NCBI RefSeq assembly: GCF_009834535.1
Contig: NC_045696.1
Span: 111,230,001 to 111,294,000, forward strand
Direction: 5' to 3'
Length of the DNA stretch: 64,000 nucleotides
DNA from: Camelus ferus
Lineage: Eukaryota
Positions 39,291 to 52,726 of the stretch are shown here, one piece after another; position 1 is the stretch's first letter, and each line of letters starts with the position of its first letter. Under the pieces are notes generated by a model. That model did not search any database and was not told where the DNA came from. It worked only from the letters and a program-made list of their open reading frames with translations. The translations under genes were made by a program, and so were the position numbers.

Positions 39291-42200
39291 TGGGTGAGGT
39301 GAGGACTGCAGAGCAAATAGCATTTTATTCTTTTTCATGGCTCTGTGGGCCAGGATTTCAGGCTGGGTTCAGCTGGGTGACTCTTCTGCTCCATGTGGGG
39401 TTGATTGGGGTCATTTACTTAGCCTCATTCAGCAGGCTGCATTGAAAGATCCAAGAGGACTTCAGCCCCATGTCAGTCCAGGTCATTCCTGAAGTACAGT
39501 CTGGAGCAAGGCACGCTCACTCAGAAGAATGTTAGGCCAGGGGAGTTAATGTAATCACATGATTTAGCACATAACACAAACAAGGAACTAAAGAAAAGTC
39601 AGCTTAAGTGGATTAAAATAATATCTTTTTCTGAATGAATACACATATATATACAAATAAATAATTTCTAAATCAATAAATGTCAGATTTAGAGACAAAT
39701 TGCCTGTCCTTGCACCATTATCAACCAGCCTCTGTTGTCCCTACAGCACATCTGGCTCTCTCTCAGAAACAGAGTTGATTGCAAACGGTTACACAAGGTG
39801 AGGTTGCCAGACGTCTTTGAGTCTCTATCAGCTGGGACATATCCAGCTTCTGCCACTGATTCCCATCAAGTGCTCAGATTATCTCTGTAAATTAGCTCAT
39901 GCCTTTTCTACCTGGAAATTGATCTAGGTCCGAATTGTCTACTTTGTGATATTCAACATTTACCCTGGACATTCTTCTGTTCTTATGGTTCCTCCAGAGT
40001 TTCCCCACTTCGTACTGAGAATTGCAATCATTACTATTCTGTACTTTTGATTCTTTCTATACTCTGTTCACCAAGGATCAGATTCATCCTTCGATTTGAT
40101 CAACTGTTCAGACCCTGATACTGAGTGAGTATCTGGGATTCTGACTTCCCTTTCGGGACATTCAAATACTGCATGCTGGACTCCCTAACACTGCTTGAAC
40201 CATCACCTGCTGTGTGCTCCTGTTTCTTCTGCTGGTCCATTCTGCCACTGGATGCAGCTGCCTTCTATGTTCTAGGCTGACTCTTCTCCCTAGTACCTGC
40301 CATATGCCAGAGGATGGGTCTAGACCCGAGCCCCTTCCTGGTGCACCCCATCATGATGCAGTTAACCTCACCAGGATGGGCCAAGTCCCGACAAATAGCA
40401 GGTTTGCAGCATATTCTCCAGTACTTTTTTCTATTTTGAGGGTATCGACCACCTTGAGAGTGAAATTGTTTGTCTGTGGCCTCTAGTCTCATTTTTCAAA
40501 TCTGGCTACCTGTTGTCTAAAGTTCACATTGGTCTGAGAAAGATGATATAAGTAGAAGGAGGGAAATACAAGGTGCCCAAGCAGAATTTTAGGGAAGAGC
40601 AGAGCACACTACCTCAACAGTCTTTCCCTGGCCCTTTATTTGGGGAAAGTTTTGTTCCCCAAAATTTGGGCCCAATTTATTGATAAGCCCTTGGTAATGC
40701 TTCCTCTGCCCTATAAAGAATCAGTCCTTCCTTGTTAGCTCAGTCCTTTCCACCCAAACACAATTGAGCCCCTTCTCTCACTGTGTTAGGGATCGATTTG
40801 CCTTTATGGCATCGGTTTTTCCCACCAGACTGTGAGTTTACTGAGGTCAGAGACCATATTTTTCTAGAGCCTCACATCCTTTTCACTAGCAGAGTTTTGG
40901 ATACAAAGGCAATTATTATATATTTGTTCTGATTAAATTATCACTCATTTCTTCCTTCCTTGGGTTTTACTATAGTTGGATTACAGCTTCATACTAGAGG
41001 TTTTATTTATTTTTTTCTTTTAAAAATTGTATACACCAGATGGCACAGGTAGGCTTTAGCTTCATTCTCCAGGGGGCAATGTGAGTATTAGGTAAGTGCT
41101 GTGCACAACAAGGATCTCCAGTTTAACAGTTACAACCTTGCTTGAAAACCACTGTTGTCCCCAGTTACTCACAGCAGGCCAGGATCATTAGTGACAAGAC
41201 ATCAGCAACACACTTTCCAAATAGGAAGGATGTGTCCTGCATGCAATGGAAGGAAATTGGACCAGTGAGGCTGTTCACCTGACCTACCTTGAGTTTCTTT
41301 TAAAGTTGAGACCAATCAAATCCTGTCAATTGGCTTGAGAATCACGGGTTGTGAAAGAAAGGAAGGGAGGAAGTCTCAGGAGTGGCAAAATATCTGATTC
41401 GCTACTTCTGCTTTCTTGAGCTATTTCATAAAGTAGATCTCAGCATATCGCAATAATAAAGAAGGGTGGGTCCTTCAAAGAGTTTCATTTCTTTGGTTGA
41501 AGTTTATGTAAGTGTTAACACTTCTGTAGGCGTTAACATTTCCAGACAAAAGCAGCAAGGCTCACAGGGAGATCAGGGATAAGCATGTATATCAGTTTTA
41601 CGTGATCCCTTTACCTTTCTTACAAAGGATGCACCATAATATCGTAGCCTGCCCTTTTGCGAGGACACCTGCCCAAGGTTGATAACTTAACATTTACCAG
41701 CAAGGAGCCATTGAATTGGATACTGTCACATAATTATCCCTCATAACCAAGACGTTCAGTACCTTTGGCTTAGCCAGCTTGTGGAGTGATTGGCTGCCTA
41801 ATAGATTAGCAAACTGTGATGTTCAAAGGGCATCATTCTCTAGGAGACAACTAATTACTTAACAGAAAGAGATAAGAGTTCTACACGAAGGCAAATTGTG
41901 TATCAAAATCAGCCCAACAATTACCTTACTTGATTTTAGTAAGTTTAATGGGATTGTTTCATGCTCTAGATGGTAATGAAATACAACTTCACTTTTTGCT
42001 CAAATTGTTCCGGATTTGGCAGCAGGAAGCTTTTGCAGTTGGCTCCTCTGCCCGTTGATTTACTTCCATAATTGTAGGTGTTTCGTTCTTACTGTTGTTG
42101 TTTGAGTACTTCATTAATTGCTGGCGCTACAAGATTCTCCAGGCCATCTTGTACAATTTCAGGTTTTAATTTTTGGAAAAAAAAAACTTTAGTCATTCTA

Positions 42201-43384
42201 ATTAATAAGTGTGTAGTGGTAAAGTTGATATATTTTAAAGGTGGATAAACACTTCATAGTTAGATTTTTAAAATGATTTATCAGAGTTTCTTTAAACAAA
42301 AACTTTCCTAATTGTATATTTCCCTGTTTATATAAAGAAAACATTAATTTCTTGATGGCAGAGGGAGCATCAAAATTATTTAGTGGAGCTTTGATTCATG
42401 CACCATTACTGTCATCACTTGGCAGCTTGTTAAATGCAGCATCTTGGGCCTTAACCCAGACCTATCAGATCAGGATCTGCATTACAATAAGACCTCCAAG
42501 TGAATGACACTCTTTAACATTTAAAAAGTTTGCTCTAGAATTTTATTACAAATTCATAAGGGTGGAAGGAACTCTTGTCATTTTGTGGATACAGAAACTC
42601 TCCTAGAGCTCAGTGTGCTGTGTATGGTTGTGTGTGCGCAATGCTCTTTTGCCAATCCTCTTGAGTATGTTCTTTCTCAAGGACAGTGACCATCTGCTCA
42701 AGGTTACAGAATTAATTACACAAAAAGAAAGCAGTAAGCTAAAGCTCATTGTCTACTCATCACACAGCAATAAAAAAAAATCAGCTCAATCAGAAATCAT
42801 GGTGTAAGTCATCGGGAAAATTATACTTACCTCACACACGTTCAGGGTAAAGATAATTTACAAAACCATCTGTTGTGTGAGGCAAGCCTGTGGTCACTCT
42901 TCTCTGAGGAGTCACCAAACAGAACTATGCTGCTACTCACTCACGTGAATGTAAAGCACCTGGTCTCCATTTGGCCACCAGGAAAAGATGGAAATAATAA
43001 TCAGAACTCTTGTTCACCAACATCAACCATGCAGCTATAAACTCTTAATCTTAAGATAGCACTTAATGATAAATCCAGTAGAAAATAACTTAACCTAGGG
43101 CCAGGTACTGTTACTAATGTAAACATTCTAATGTGAGCTTGTAGTAGCTCAGTAGTTTAAGCTTGTAGCTGCCACTGGAGAGGAGGCAGAGTCAAATCTC
43201 CTCCTTCCTGAGCTGTGTGTACCCTCAGAAAGTACTGTCCTCTCAGCCCCAACACCCACATCTTCATGAGTTTTGTGGTGCAACACCTAGGGACCCACCC
43301 AACAACCTATGGCGGGGATGCCCTCAGCGACATTCAGAATTCATTCAACACTGCAAGTCTGAATCTCAGAAGCAAAGCGTTAGA

Positions 43385-43565
43385 CCCTTGCTACTCAAAG
43401 CGTGGCTCAGAAACCAGCCACTGGGAAGTTTGTTAGGAAAGCAGACTCTCAGGCTTCGTCCCAGATCTGCTGAATCAGAACCCGCCTTTAAGAAAAACAA
43501 AACAAAACAAAACAAAAAAAAAACTAGGTGACTTCCATGTACATGAAGGTTGCAAAGCACTGCTA
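43385..43565. mobile_element. MER5A1-like MITE
   Basis: ttgctactcaaagcgtgg...gtttgttaggaaagcagactctcaggc...ctgctgaatcagaa...aagcactgc. Confidence 0.75.
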
Positions 43566-43672
43566 CAGACATACAGTAGGGAACAAGCAAGTATCCAGGC
43601 TGTGTTTTAATGGCCAGTAACTTATACTTCTACCCTATTAAAACTGTGCCCTCTATGGCTAACAGAAGCTGG

Positions 43673-44566
<894 letters not shown>

Positions 44567-45414
44567 CTGTGAGCCTCCTGAATGAGTGCCATTGCTAAAT
44601 ATATGAAGAATCACTTCCAAGACTAAAGGAAATATACGTTTTGCTAACAGGAATATAATGTAACTGCTAACAGGACAGTGGCTATTGGGATCAGAATATT
44701 TTGCCCCAACACTAAACTTTAGTTTCTTTGCTTGTAAAATAGGGCTAGTTGCTACTTCACTGGCTTCCACAAAGAAATAAATGCATGATGGCGTGGTGGG
44801 AAGCACCTAGCACATTGTCTCTCATGTGGTGAGTACTGAATAAATAGTATTTATCATTTTATTGTTACTGTGTGAAATGTCTTTCCTCTAAGAATTAAAG
44901 AATGATTTCTAGTTTCATAATTTCTTTTATCATCTCATGGAGTTTTATTCATAAAAAAAATTATGGTGAAAGAAACTCTCTACACTTTTTTTTTCTTTAT
45001 GGTTTTTGTTAAGGAGGATTTGGCGGGATTTGAGGATGGATATATGCCTTTCATAGTTAACAAACAATTTGGTTTTTAAAGCAAAGATTGATGGTGACGA
45101 TGCCCATAGGAGGATGGAGAAGGTCCAGAACTCACAGGAGGAGATGTCCACACACCTGCCTGTCCCAGCTGGTGCTCCTTCTCCCCTCCAGAAGGGACTG
45201 CAGCTTCTCACCAGTGGGCTCCATTCTGTTAACCCCCAGACTGCATCCCTAAGCCCCCGTCCCTGTCCCAGTTGCAGAAACATTTGGAAAAAAAAACAAA
45301 AAAACTGATACAAACACTGTGCTGGAATTATTCTAGGCTGTCTCAACTATTCTCCACTTCAAAACTTTACTCTTATCTGTCCCTGAATTCTTCATTTGTG
45401 TTTTGCTTTTTTAA

Positions 45415-45546
45415 ATTTTGGGGGGAGAGGTAATTGGGTTTGTTTGTTTGTTTGTTTGTTTATTTTTGATGGAGGCACTGGGGATTGAACCCAGGACCTC
45501 GTGCATGCTAAGCATGTGCTCTACCACTGAGCTATACCCTTCCCCA
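45415..45546 (-). mobile_element. tRNA-Ala-derived camelid SINE (Vic-1 type)
   Basis: Reverse complement GGGGAAGGGTATAGCTCAGTGGTAGAGCACATGCTTAGCATGCACGAGGTCCTGGGTTCAATCCCCAGTGCCTCC with an (AAAC)n/ctaattacctc-type tail; flanking direct repeat 45397-45414 / 45548-45565 (16/18). Confidence 0.9.
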
Positions 45547-45716
45547 CTGTGCTTCGCTTTTTTAACACTGGTTTGGAGGGTCTACTGAACTACTGGTTTT
45601 TGTTGTTGTTGTTGTTGTTTTATTTTTAGGACACAGTTTAATGCTTTGAGGTTAGACAGAGCTGGACTTTAACCACCGTTTCTCTGCTTACTAGCTCTTT
45701 TATAAAGAAAAATTTT

Positions 45717-46020
45717 TGTTGGGGAGGAAAAACTTCCTCCTCTACAACCTTGAATTCTTATGGCTGGATTAATAATAAAATTGATGCAAGACAGATTAAC
45801 AAGAGAAAAAGAAGTATATTTTAATTAGTGCCTGGGAAGTCTCATAGAGATGAGACCTAAGTAGTGGCTATGGCAGGCAGCTTTTACACTTTTTAGACAA
45901 AGAAACAATAACTTTGTGAGAAATTAACAGGACAAAGAAACAAGTTTTAGGTGCTCAGTTAGAGAAGAATCTAAACAGTGTTTGGGCTTGGAGGAGTAAA
46001 TTAAAGATGCAACAGGTTTT
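45717..46020 (-). mobile_element. MER34/MER39-like LTR fragment
   Basis: tgttggggaggaaaaacttcctc...agacagattaacaagagaaaa is the antisense of the 3' end seen at 21600-21696. Confidence 0.65.
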
Positions 46021-46363
46021 GGAGACAGGAGGAAAGGGGGCAGGGCACAACCACTGAAGGGATGACACAGCAGTTCAGGACAGGACAAACTGGTTAGAAC
46101 CAACAACCAACTCTTGGGGAAGGAACAGGGATTTCTAGGAACTGGGCCGCTGCCCACTTCTTGGTCTATTACGGTCAGCTTCAGAACTGTCATAATACCT
46201 GTGTGTCATTTAGCAGCTAATGTATACAGGGAGTGTATAATGAGTCTCAAGACAAATTTTCTGCCATCTTGGGCCTAGTTGGTTCTAACCAGTTTTTGTC
46301 ACATCCTCAATGGCTGTGTCATTCCTTTAATGGTTGTGTCTGGTCCCCTTCCCTCCTGTCTCA
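46021..46363. mobile_element. Two converging MER41-like LTR 5' fragments (+ 46021-46110; - 46110-46363)
   Basis: 46021-46104 is an imperfect reverse complement of 46278-46363; the minus copy matches 22350-22632. Confidence 0.75.
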
Positions 46364-49296
46364 GAAGTACCCACCATATAATGGCACCGTGACACTTCTG
46401 ATCAAGACTAACTAAGGACAAAAATCCCTCCTTTCCTTGGAAAGGAAAAGATGAGATAAAAGCTGGAAAACACCTCAGGATTCCTCTAGACGCAAGAAAT
46501 AGAAACCCAACCCAAACTAACGGAAAAAAGAGGTTTCAGCCAGCAGAGTCAAATCATGCAAAAGGCAGGGATATTCTGGGCTCAGAAAAATGAGAACCAG
46601 ATTTTCAAATGCCCTCGTGGCTCTCTTTGCCCCTCAGCTATTTCTAGAAGCTCATCGTCTCATGCTATTTTCCTCTCCTTAGTAAGGGCTGTGTCCACTG
46701 GAAGATTCAGACTTCCTGTCCTCACAGCTCAGTGATCAAAGGGGAAAGAGGGCTTCTCTTGATATACTCTGGTTGGAAAAGCCCCACTGAAGAGTTCTGA
46801 CTGGCCTCGCTTAGATTATGACTTTCCCTTGTCCATTTCCCCGTGGTTATAGGCGAAAACTCTAAGGTTGACCTGAATCGGTTGCAGCAAAGAAGGAGTT
46901 GGAGAAAAAGAAGAAAGAGCACAAATGTTGCAGCCAGGGAAATGGCTTTAAGCAGAATGGCCACTTGATGTGTGTCCATCTCGGCGTTCACCTGCTTTCC
47001 TAAACGACTGCTTAGTCCACGTGCTGTGTTCTCTTTGTCTGCTGCCCTGGAACTTTGATCCAATGCAACAAGCATTGATTCAGGCCAACGATTCCGTTAG
47101 TGGAGGGGGAGCCTGGGGTCTGAGGATAAGCAAGTCCTGTGCCCGTCCCTTGACGGCCTTACCGTCTGCTCCAAGTGGGATCTGCTCCCATTCATTGCTG
47201 AGTCCATGGTTCTCCTGCATTTGCGTCTGGTAACAAAAGCTTGACTTTCTACATGCAGTTGAACTTGTGTTAACTGGGTTCAGTTTTTGGCAAGGATTTT
47301 ATTTTATCTATTGCCTTTTTCAGTTAATAGATTGCTTTATTTATGAATAGTACATAGGTTTTTTTTTGCTGTTGTTGTTATAGGTCAGTTCTAATCAATT
47401 GGAAGTAACTGCTTGGGGAGAAAAGAGCAGGTTTTTGTTAGTTATCACCAGCAAATACTGACATAAGTGCCCATATAGACAGAGAGTCATATATATAATT
47501 GCATTTATAAAGCACGATTTATATAGCAAAAAGTTCCTCTCTGCTTCTCCAGTATGGAGGAGGTATACAGATATACAGGTAACAGATATAAAACACCATC
47601 TGAAATTAGGGGGCACTTTGAATGCCAAACTTATTGAAAGGAGGGAAATAACCAAACACACAGAAGAGAAATAGCTATCCAGTACTTAATAAAGTTAGGT
47701 CAAGTTTAGGGGAACTTCTCGCCTTTAATTTATAATAGGGCTCAGAATAATTCACCTGGACAAATGACAGATGTGCAGAATGATCGTTAGGCAAACATTT
47801 CTGTGTATTTAGTGAGAACATAATATTCAAAGGAGCAGAGCACTGTGGAGAAAGGAAAAACCCCAAACACGTAGGATGTCTCCATGGTTCTGAGATGGCA
47901 TCCTTGCTCTTTGAAAATTGCATCATTACAATTGTATTCCTGGCTATTAAACTTAGGGACGATGAGAATACTTAGGGGGAAAACAAAGGATGCCCATTTT
48001 CCTTGACTATTTGTGGCCACTTAGAAGAGAGGAGAAAGAAGTTGGTAAACAGGTGAGAAGACGAGAGAAAAGAAAGCTACTGAGAGAGTGAAAAAGAAAT
48101 GGAAAGAGAGATAGCTCTTCTGAGCCCCTTCCCAGTTTGCAGATTTCAAAGGCAGTATCTTCCATCAAGGAGAAAAGCATTTGCCTTTTCACAGCAGTAA
48201 CTTTTCATTGTGATACTGTTGCCATGGGGATGACGGGCTGGGCTGTGCCACTGTATCATCTCTCCCTCACATTCTATTAGAAAGGGAGTACTTGGGATTC
48301 TAAACCATAAATATATGCATCCACAAAATGTGAATCTGTAAACTAAGCTGCCAACCAACTTCAGAACAGTAATCAGTTCTCTGGCTGGCAGAAAGGCTTT
48401 TCCCCTTTTTGAAAGCAACACAGGCAGGGAAGTGATGGGACAGGCACAGACATCCGCAATTAAGCAAGGCCGTTTCCTTTCCATGCATTGTGACTTTTGG
48501 TCCAAAGGCAACAATGAAAAAGGATGTAAATTGCTCTTGCAAGGAATGAAATTTACTAATGATCTCCCATATTTCCAGGGTACATGCAGCATTTTCATCT
48601 AATCCTTTGAAGATATTTTCTGAAGCCAGTCAGCATTTTTTTATTTCAAACCTGTGGGAGAGAAATATCATATGTAGATAAATACCAAAATAATGGCCAC
48701 TACATGTATTTAAAAACAGAGCACAGTATGCCTCATGAAGTTCAGATCAACTGCATGTGACCCCCTTTAGAAGTCCGCACCCCTTCTGAAGCTACTGACA
48801 TGTAGAATATTTCCTCCGGACTTCAGTGCTTCATTCACAACTGAGGTGGAAATCATAGAAACCAGAATTGCACAAAGGCAACTTAAAAATGAAACCAACT
48901 TGTTTACGCTAACTGGCCCACCCTGGTTGCAGACCTGTCCCTTCAAGGCAACTCAGTTACAGGAAGTGGTTGTCAATGCAAACCATATTAGTGAATTAGG
49001 TTAACATATATTTTCTATTTTCTACTAACGTCAACAAAAAGATAACCTTTAGTAGCGATCTAGCAATTTGTTACTATCTACCAGGTTCCTAGTTTAATAG
49101 ACTTGTTTTGCTGTGACTGTCAGCACCTTCTTTCAAGGAAGAAACCCATCTCAGTGATTCTTTTGAAAGAGCTTCTGAAACAATATCACATGAAAACCAT
49201 ATGCTAACAATTTCTATAAAACATAATGTTTCTGCAATCTCATTTGTTCAGGAAAAAAATAAACCAATAATAATGTGCTGTTATCAATATCTTGGT

Positions 49297-50110
49297 ATGA
49301 TGGATTCTGCTATTATTCAGCGTAGTCACTGCTTCCCCCTGTGGAGGATTACATAGCTGTATGGTCAGGCCACCCAAGGCGGCTGTTGTCTTGCTCTCTG
49401 TACATCCGCTGCTCCAGTGCGTGCTTCACCTACACCCGACTCACGTGCCTGACCTTCCTACAGACTCGCCCCGGCCCCCACCCCAGCTAATGGTCTAACT
49501 TTAGCCACCACGATAGCTTATCAAAGGGGCGGTCAGGGACGTGCCCTTCTGCTGGTTTCCCTGGTAGCCAATGAGCCAACCTGACATCAGTCCCCACTAT
49601 AACTGGTAAACCTCCCTCTACCCCACCCCCACCCCCCCAGTGAAGACTGCCACCACTTCCTGCCTGCCATCTGCAGCACAGGACGGCGGGGTGTCACTCA
49701 AGGACCTTGCTTCAGACATGTAAGATCTCCCATCCATTAAACCACGGACGGTCTCTGTCACTGACTCTGGGCTCTTTCTTCGGTCCTGAATCTGGGCAAG
49801 TACGGGGCTTGCAGGCCTGCAAGGTGCAGCCCAACAACATCCTTGCCTTCTTGCAGTCAGGCTTGGCCAGTGGAATGCGAGCAGAAGTAGCAGGTGCCAT
49901 TTCCAGGTGAAGCTTCAAGAGCCATTTGAGCTTGTCACTTTCTCTTCTCCCTCTTCCACAAAGCTAGCAATGTTCCGAAGAGAGCCTGTTCCTTCAGTCT
50001 GGGTTCCAGAATGACGGCAACTTAGAGCAGAGCTTTAACTCACCTACAACAGCCTGTAAGATTTGGGGGTTATTTCTTACAACAGCATAACCTAGCCTGC
50101 ACTGAAACAC
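49297..50110 (+). mobile_element. Old MLT1 LTR split by a nested LTR
   Basis: ttccccctgtggaggattaca | tccttgcc...ttggccagtggaatgcgagcagaagt...acagcataacctagcct. Confidence 0.65.
49355..49836 (+). mobile_element. LTR nested in MLT1
   Basis: CCAAT at 49568, TATAA at 49598, ATTAAA near 49736, ends GCAGCCCAACA; ACAT lies on both sides. Confidence 0.7.
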
Positions 50111-51619
50111 ACTTATTTACAAAATGTATTCATTCTCTTAACTTCCACTTATTAAATGCTCGCAGTGTGCCAGCCACAGGACTCAGTAATGAGAATCTGA
50201 AGACAAGAAATTGTCCTTGAAGTGCTCATTGCTTTAATGCCAATTTCTATAAAATAAAATCTACTTCCTTTTTTCAAAATACTTACTAAGATCCTTCAGC
50301 AGACAGAATTTAACCTCTGCTGTACTGGACTTAAGAAGACGCTAAATTCTTTTTTACTTCTCCAACAGAATATGGACTTAATTTCTCTAACCCCTTAAAC
50401 TGAAATGGAATATAGGTACCAAACTGGTACAACAGCAATCATCTCCTCCTCTTTGGTGGCCCTTTCTATCCTCCCAGAGAGACTGATGCTTGGAGAGGCC
50501 CCAGCTTTTCAAGCTGCCCTGGCTGGTGGTCCAGTTATGTGAATAAGAGAGCACGACTGGATATTCCAGCCCCCGCATACATCATGTGAGGCAAGGATGA
50601 GTCATTTCTGCTGTGGCTGGTATTAATTTCTGCCCCTCAGAGTTATGAACATGCAAAATGGCTGTTGCTTCAGGCATTTAAGTTGAGGTATTTTACTCTG
50701 CAATCATGGGTAACCACGGGATATGATGGTTGTCAGAACCACTTTCTGGGTATGCTATGAAATCCATTCTTACTGACCCACTTTTCCTAATCTCAGGAAT
50801 TTTATTTGTTTTTTAGGATTCTCTGGCTCCAGGTAGTTTCTGTAGTTTCCAATAACATTTTTTTTTTTTGCAACACTATCCTTTGTTTTAAATTTATATA
50901 ATGTCTATCAGCCTAAAACATCACACTTTCCCAGAAGGCACCACTGTCAAATTCTAGTCTAATATATCCTAGTCTCAAATTTCCTTAAATTAGAATTCAA
51001 GGATGAAGAAAACAGAGCACGGGAGAACTGAAAGGCAATAAAATGAAGTTTATTTCTTCAGAATTTATTTTCTTTGAAATTTTTTTTTTTTATCTGAAAA
51101 GCATCTTTTTTTTTTTTTTTGCCTTTGAAATATTTGAAGACTCGAGGGCATAACATTTCACTGTGATATCCTTAAAACTTTTTAAATATTCACAATTTCT
51201 CTTGAACGACAAAAAATAAATTTTGTCTTCTGATTTTGAAGAAAATCACTTGAGTAGAAATGAGACATTCAAAGACGTTTCTGGTTTTACATTAAATTCT
51301 TTAGAAAGGATAGTATGATACCTCGTATCTGATAAAGAGAAGTTATAAAAAGGATCAATTTTAATTTAGTAATACCAACAAGAATATTTGCAGTAATATT
51401 TGTCAAATTTTACAATGTTTTTGTAAACTCCAGATCTCTTTAATTCCAAGTAATAGTAATCAGTAAGGAAGACCAATGATTTTATTGACAAATGGCATAG
51501 ATTTTTGCATATTACAATTTTATTATGCTTATATTTTTGGTCAAATTTTTGAAAATGCATTGCAATTAACAAAGAATTGACATATTACGATGTTTTCAGA
51601 GTTAATTCATACAGGAATA

Positions 51620-51835
51620 GCCACTAACAGGCTCAGTTTATTGAGGGCTTACAGTGCCAGGCACTGTACTGTGCACTTAAACATTCTTGTTTTATTTAAT
51701 TCTTACAACAGACCTATAGGTGGGTATTACTATCTCCATCTTACACATAAATAGATTGTAGTTTAGAAAAATTGAGTGACATACCTATGGTCACAAAGCT
51801 AGTGACCGGCGGAACCAAGATTTGAGTTCAGAACT
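51620..51835 (-). mobile_element. MIR SINE
   Basis: tttattgagggcttacagtgccaggcactgt...tttaattcttacaacagacctataggtgggtattactatctccat. Confidence 0.8.
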
Positions 51836-52252
51836 CTTCAAGAGAAAAAAAAAACCCACAAAAAAGACAGATTAAAAAACACAAAACAAAACCAAAAGAC
51901 CCTATAATTTAATTGATAAATTGACACTCCAGAAAGTTGAGTGATGTCCTAACAAAGAACATAAAATTTCTTAAAAGATTATTGCACTTGCCTCTACTGC
52001 ATCCAACAGAATAACTTTACCCATAAACCTCTAAGTCAAAAGATGAACATTCCCCTAGAAGAATACACTCTTATCACTGCTTCTTAAAATTATGTGACAA
52101 CTCCATGACAGTCTCCATCTTTGCTGAGGCACAATTATATTCACTCTGATTTGCTTCAAGTAATTTTTAAAACTATATTTTGTTTACTCTGACCACAGGG
52201 GTAATATACGATAGCTGCTAAAAATAAAACCAACACAGAAACACATATTGTT

Positions 52253-52726
52253 TGTGGGGTCTACAGACATGAGGCGGATGCCTGCTCCAGGGCCCCTCAG
52301 GCACCCGGCTGCTGCCCTTCGAAGATAACAGAGAACATTCTTTCCTATCACACACCTGCCTTAGCTGAGATAATGGTCATGTGTAAGATGCCCGGAAGCC
52401 TGACCACCAGGACTGGTCACAACTTCCTACCAGAATCCCCAGCCCTGCACTTTCATGACACTTCCTCTCCCTGTTACCTTAACATCAACCAATCAGAGAA
52501 TTGTGCACGAGCTGAGCACGCACCCTGCACTCGATTGTGCCCAAGGCCACATACGCACAAGGCGTTGATGTCTGTCCTCCCTTATAAAAGACCTCAGCAA
52601 CCTTGGGACGCATGGACACCTCCCAGGTGCCTACAGCAGTGTATCTAGCAAGCTCCTTTGCTATCTTCCTCCTTTGTCTCTGGTAAATTCTTTTATCAAC
52701 CCCGCACCAGCCCACATAGTCCCACA
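52253..52726 (+). mobile_element. ERV1-class solo LTR
   Basis: TG...CA termini, CCAAT at 52489 and TATAAAA at 52583; the CCAAT module is shared with the LTR at 5758. Confidence 0.7.

Noticed and set aside
41065..41082. CTCF-like motif TCTCCAGGGGGCAA
   Set aside because: It mismatches the core 5' positions; such partial matches are expected by chance.
41430..41885. Possible additional LTR
   Set aside because: It has LTR-like composition and ends in CA, but I found no clear TG start, TSD or recognisable family.
45470..45545. tRNA-Ala(AGC) gene
   Set aside because: It has a SINE tail, a flanking TSD and a second diverged copy at 60559, so it is a SINE head.
48146..48598. 150-aa ORF on the minus strand
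   Set aside because: No recognisable domain, no codon or splice support, and a length compatible with chance in 64 kb.
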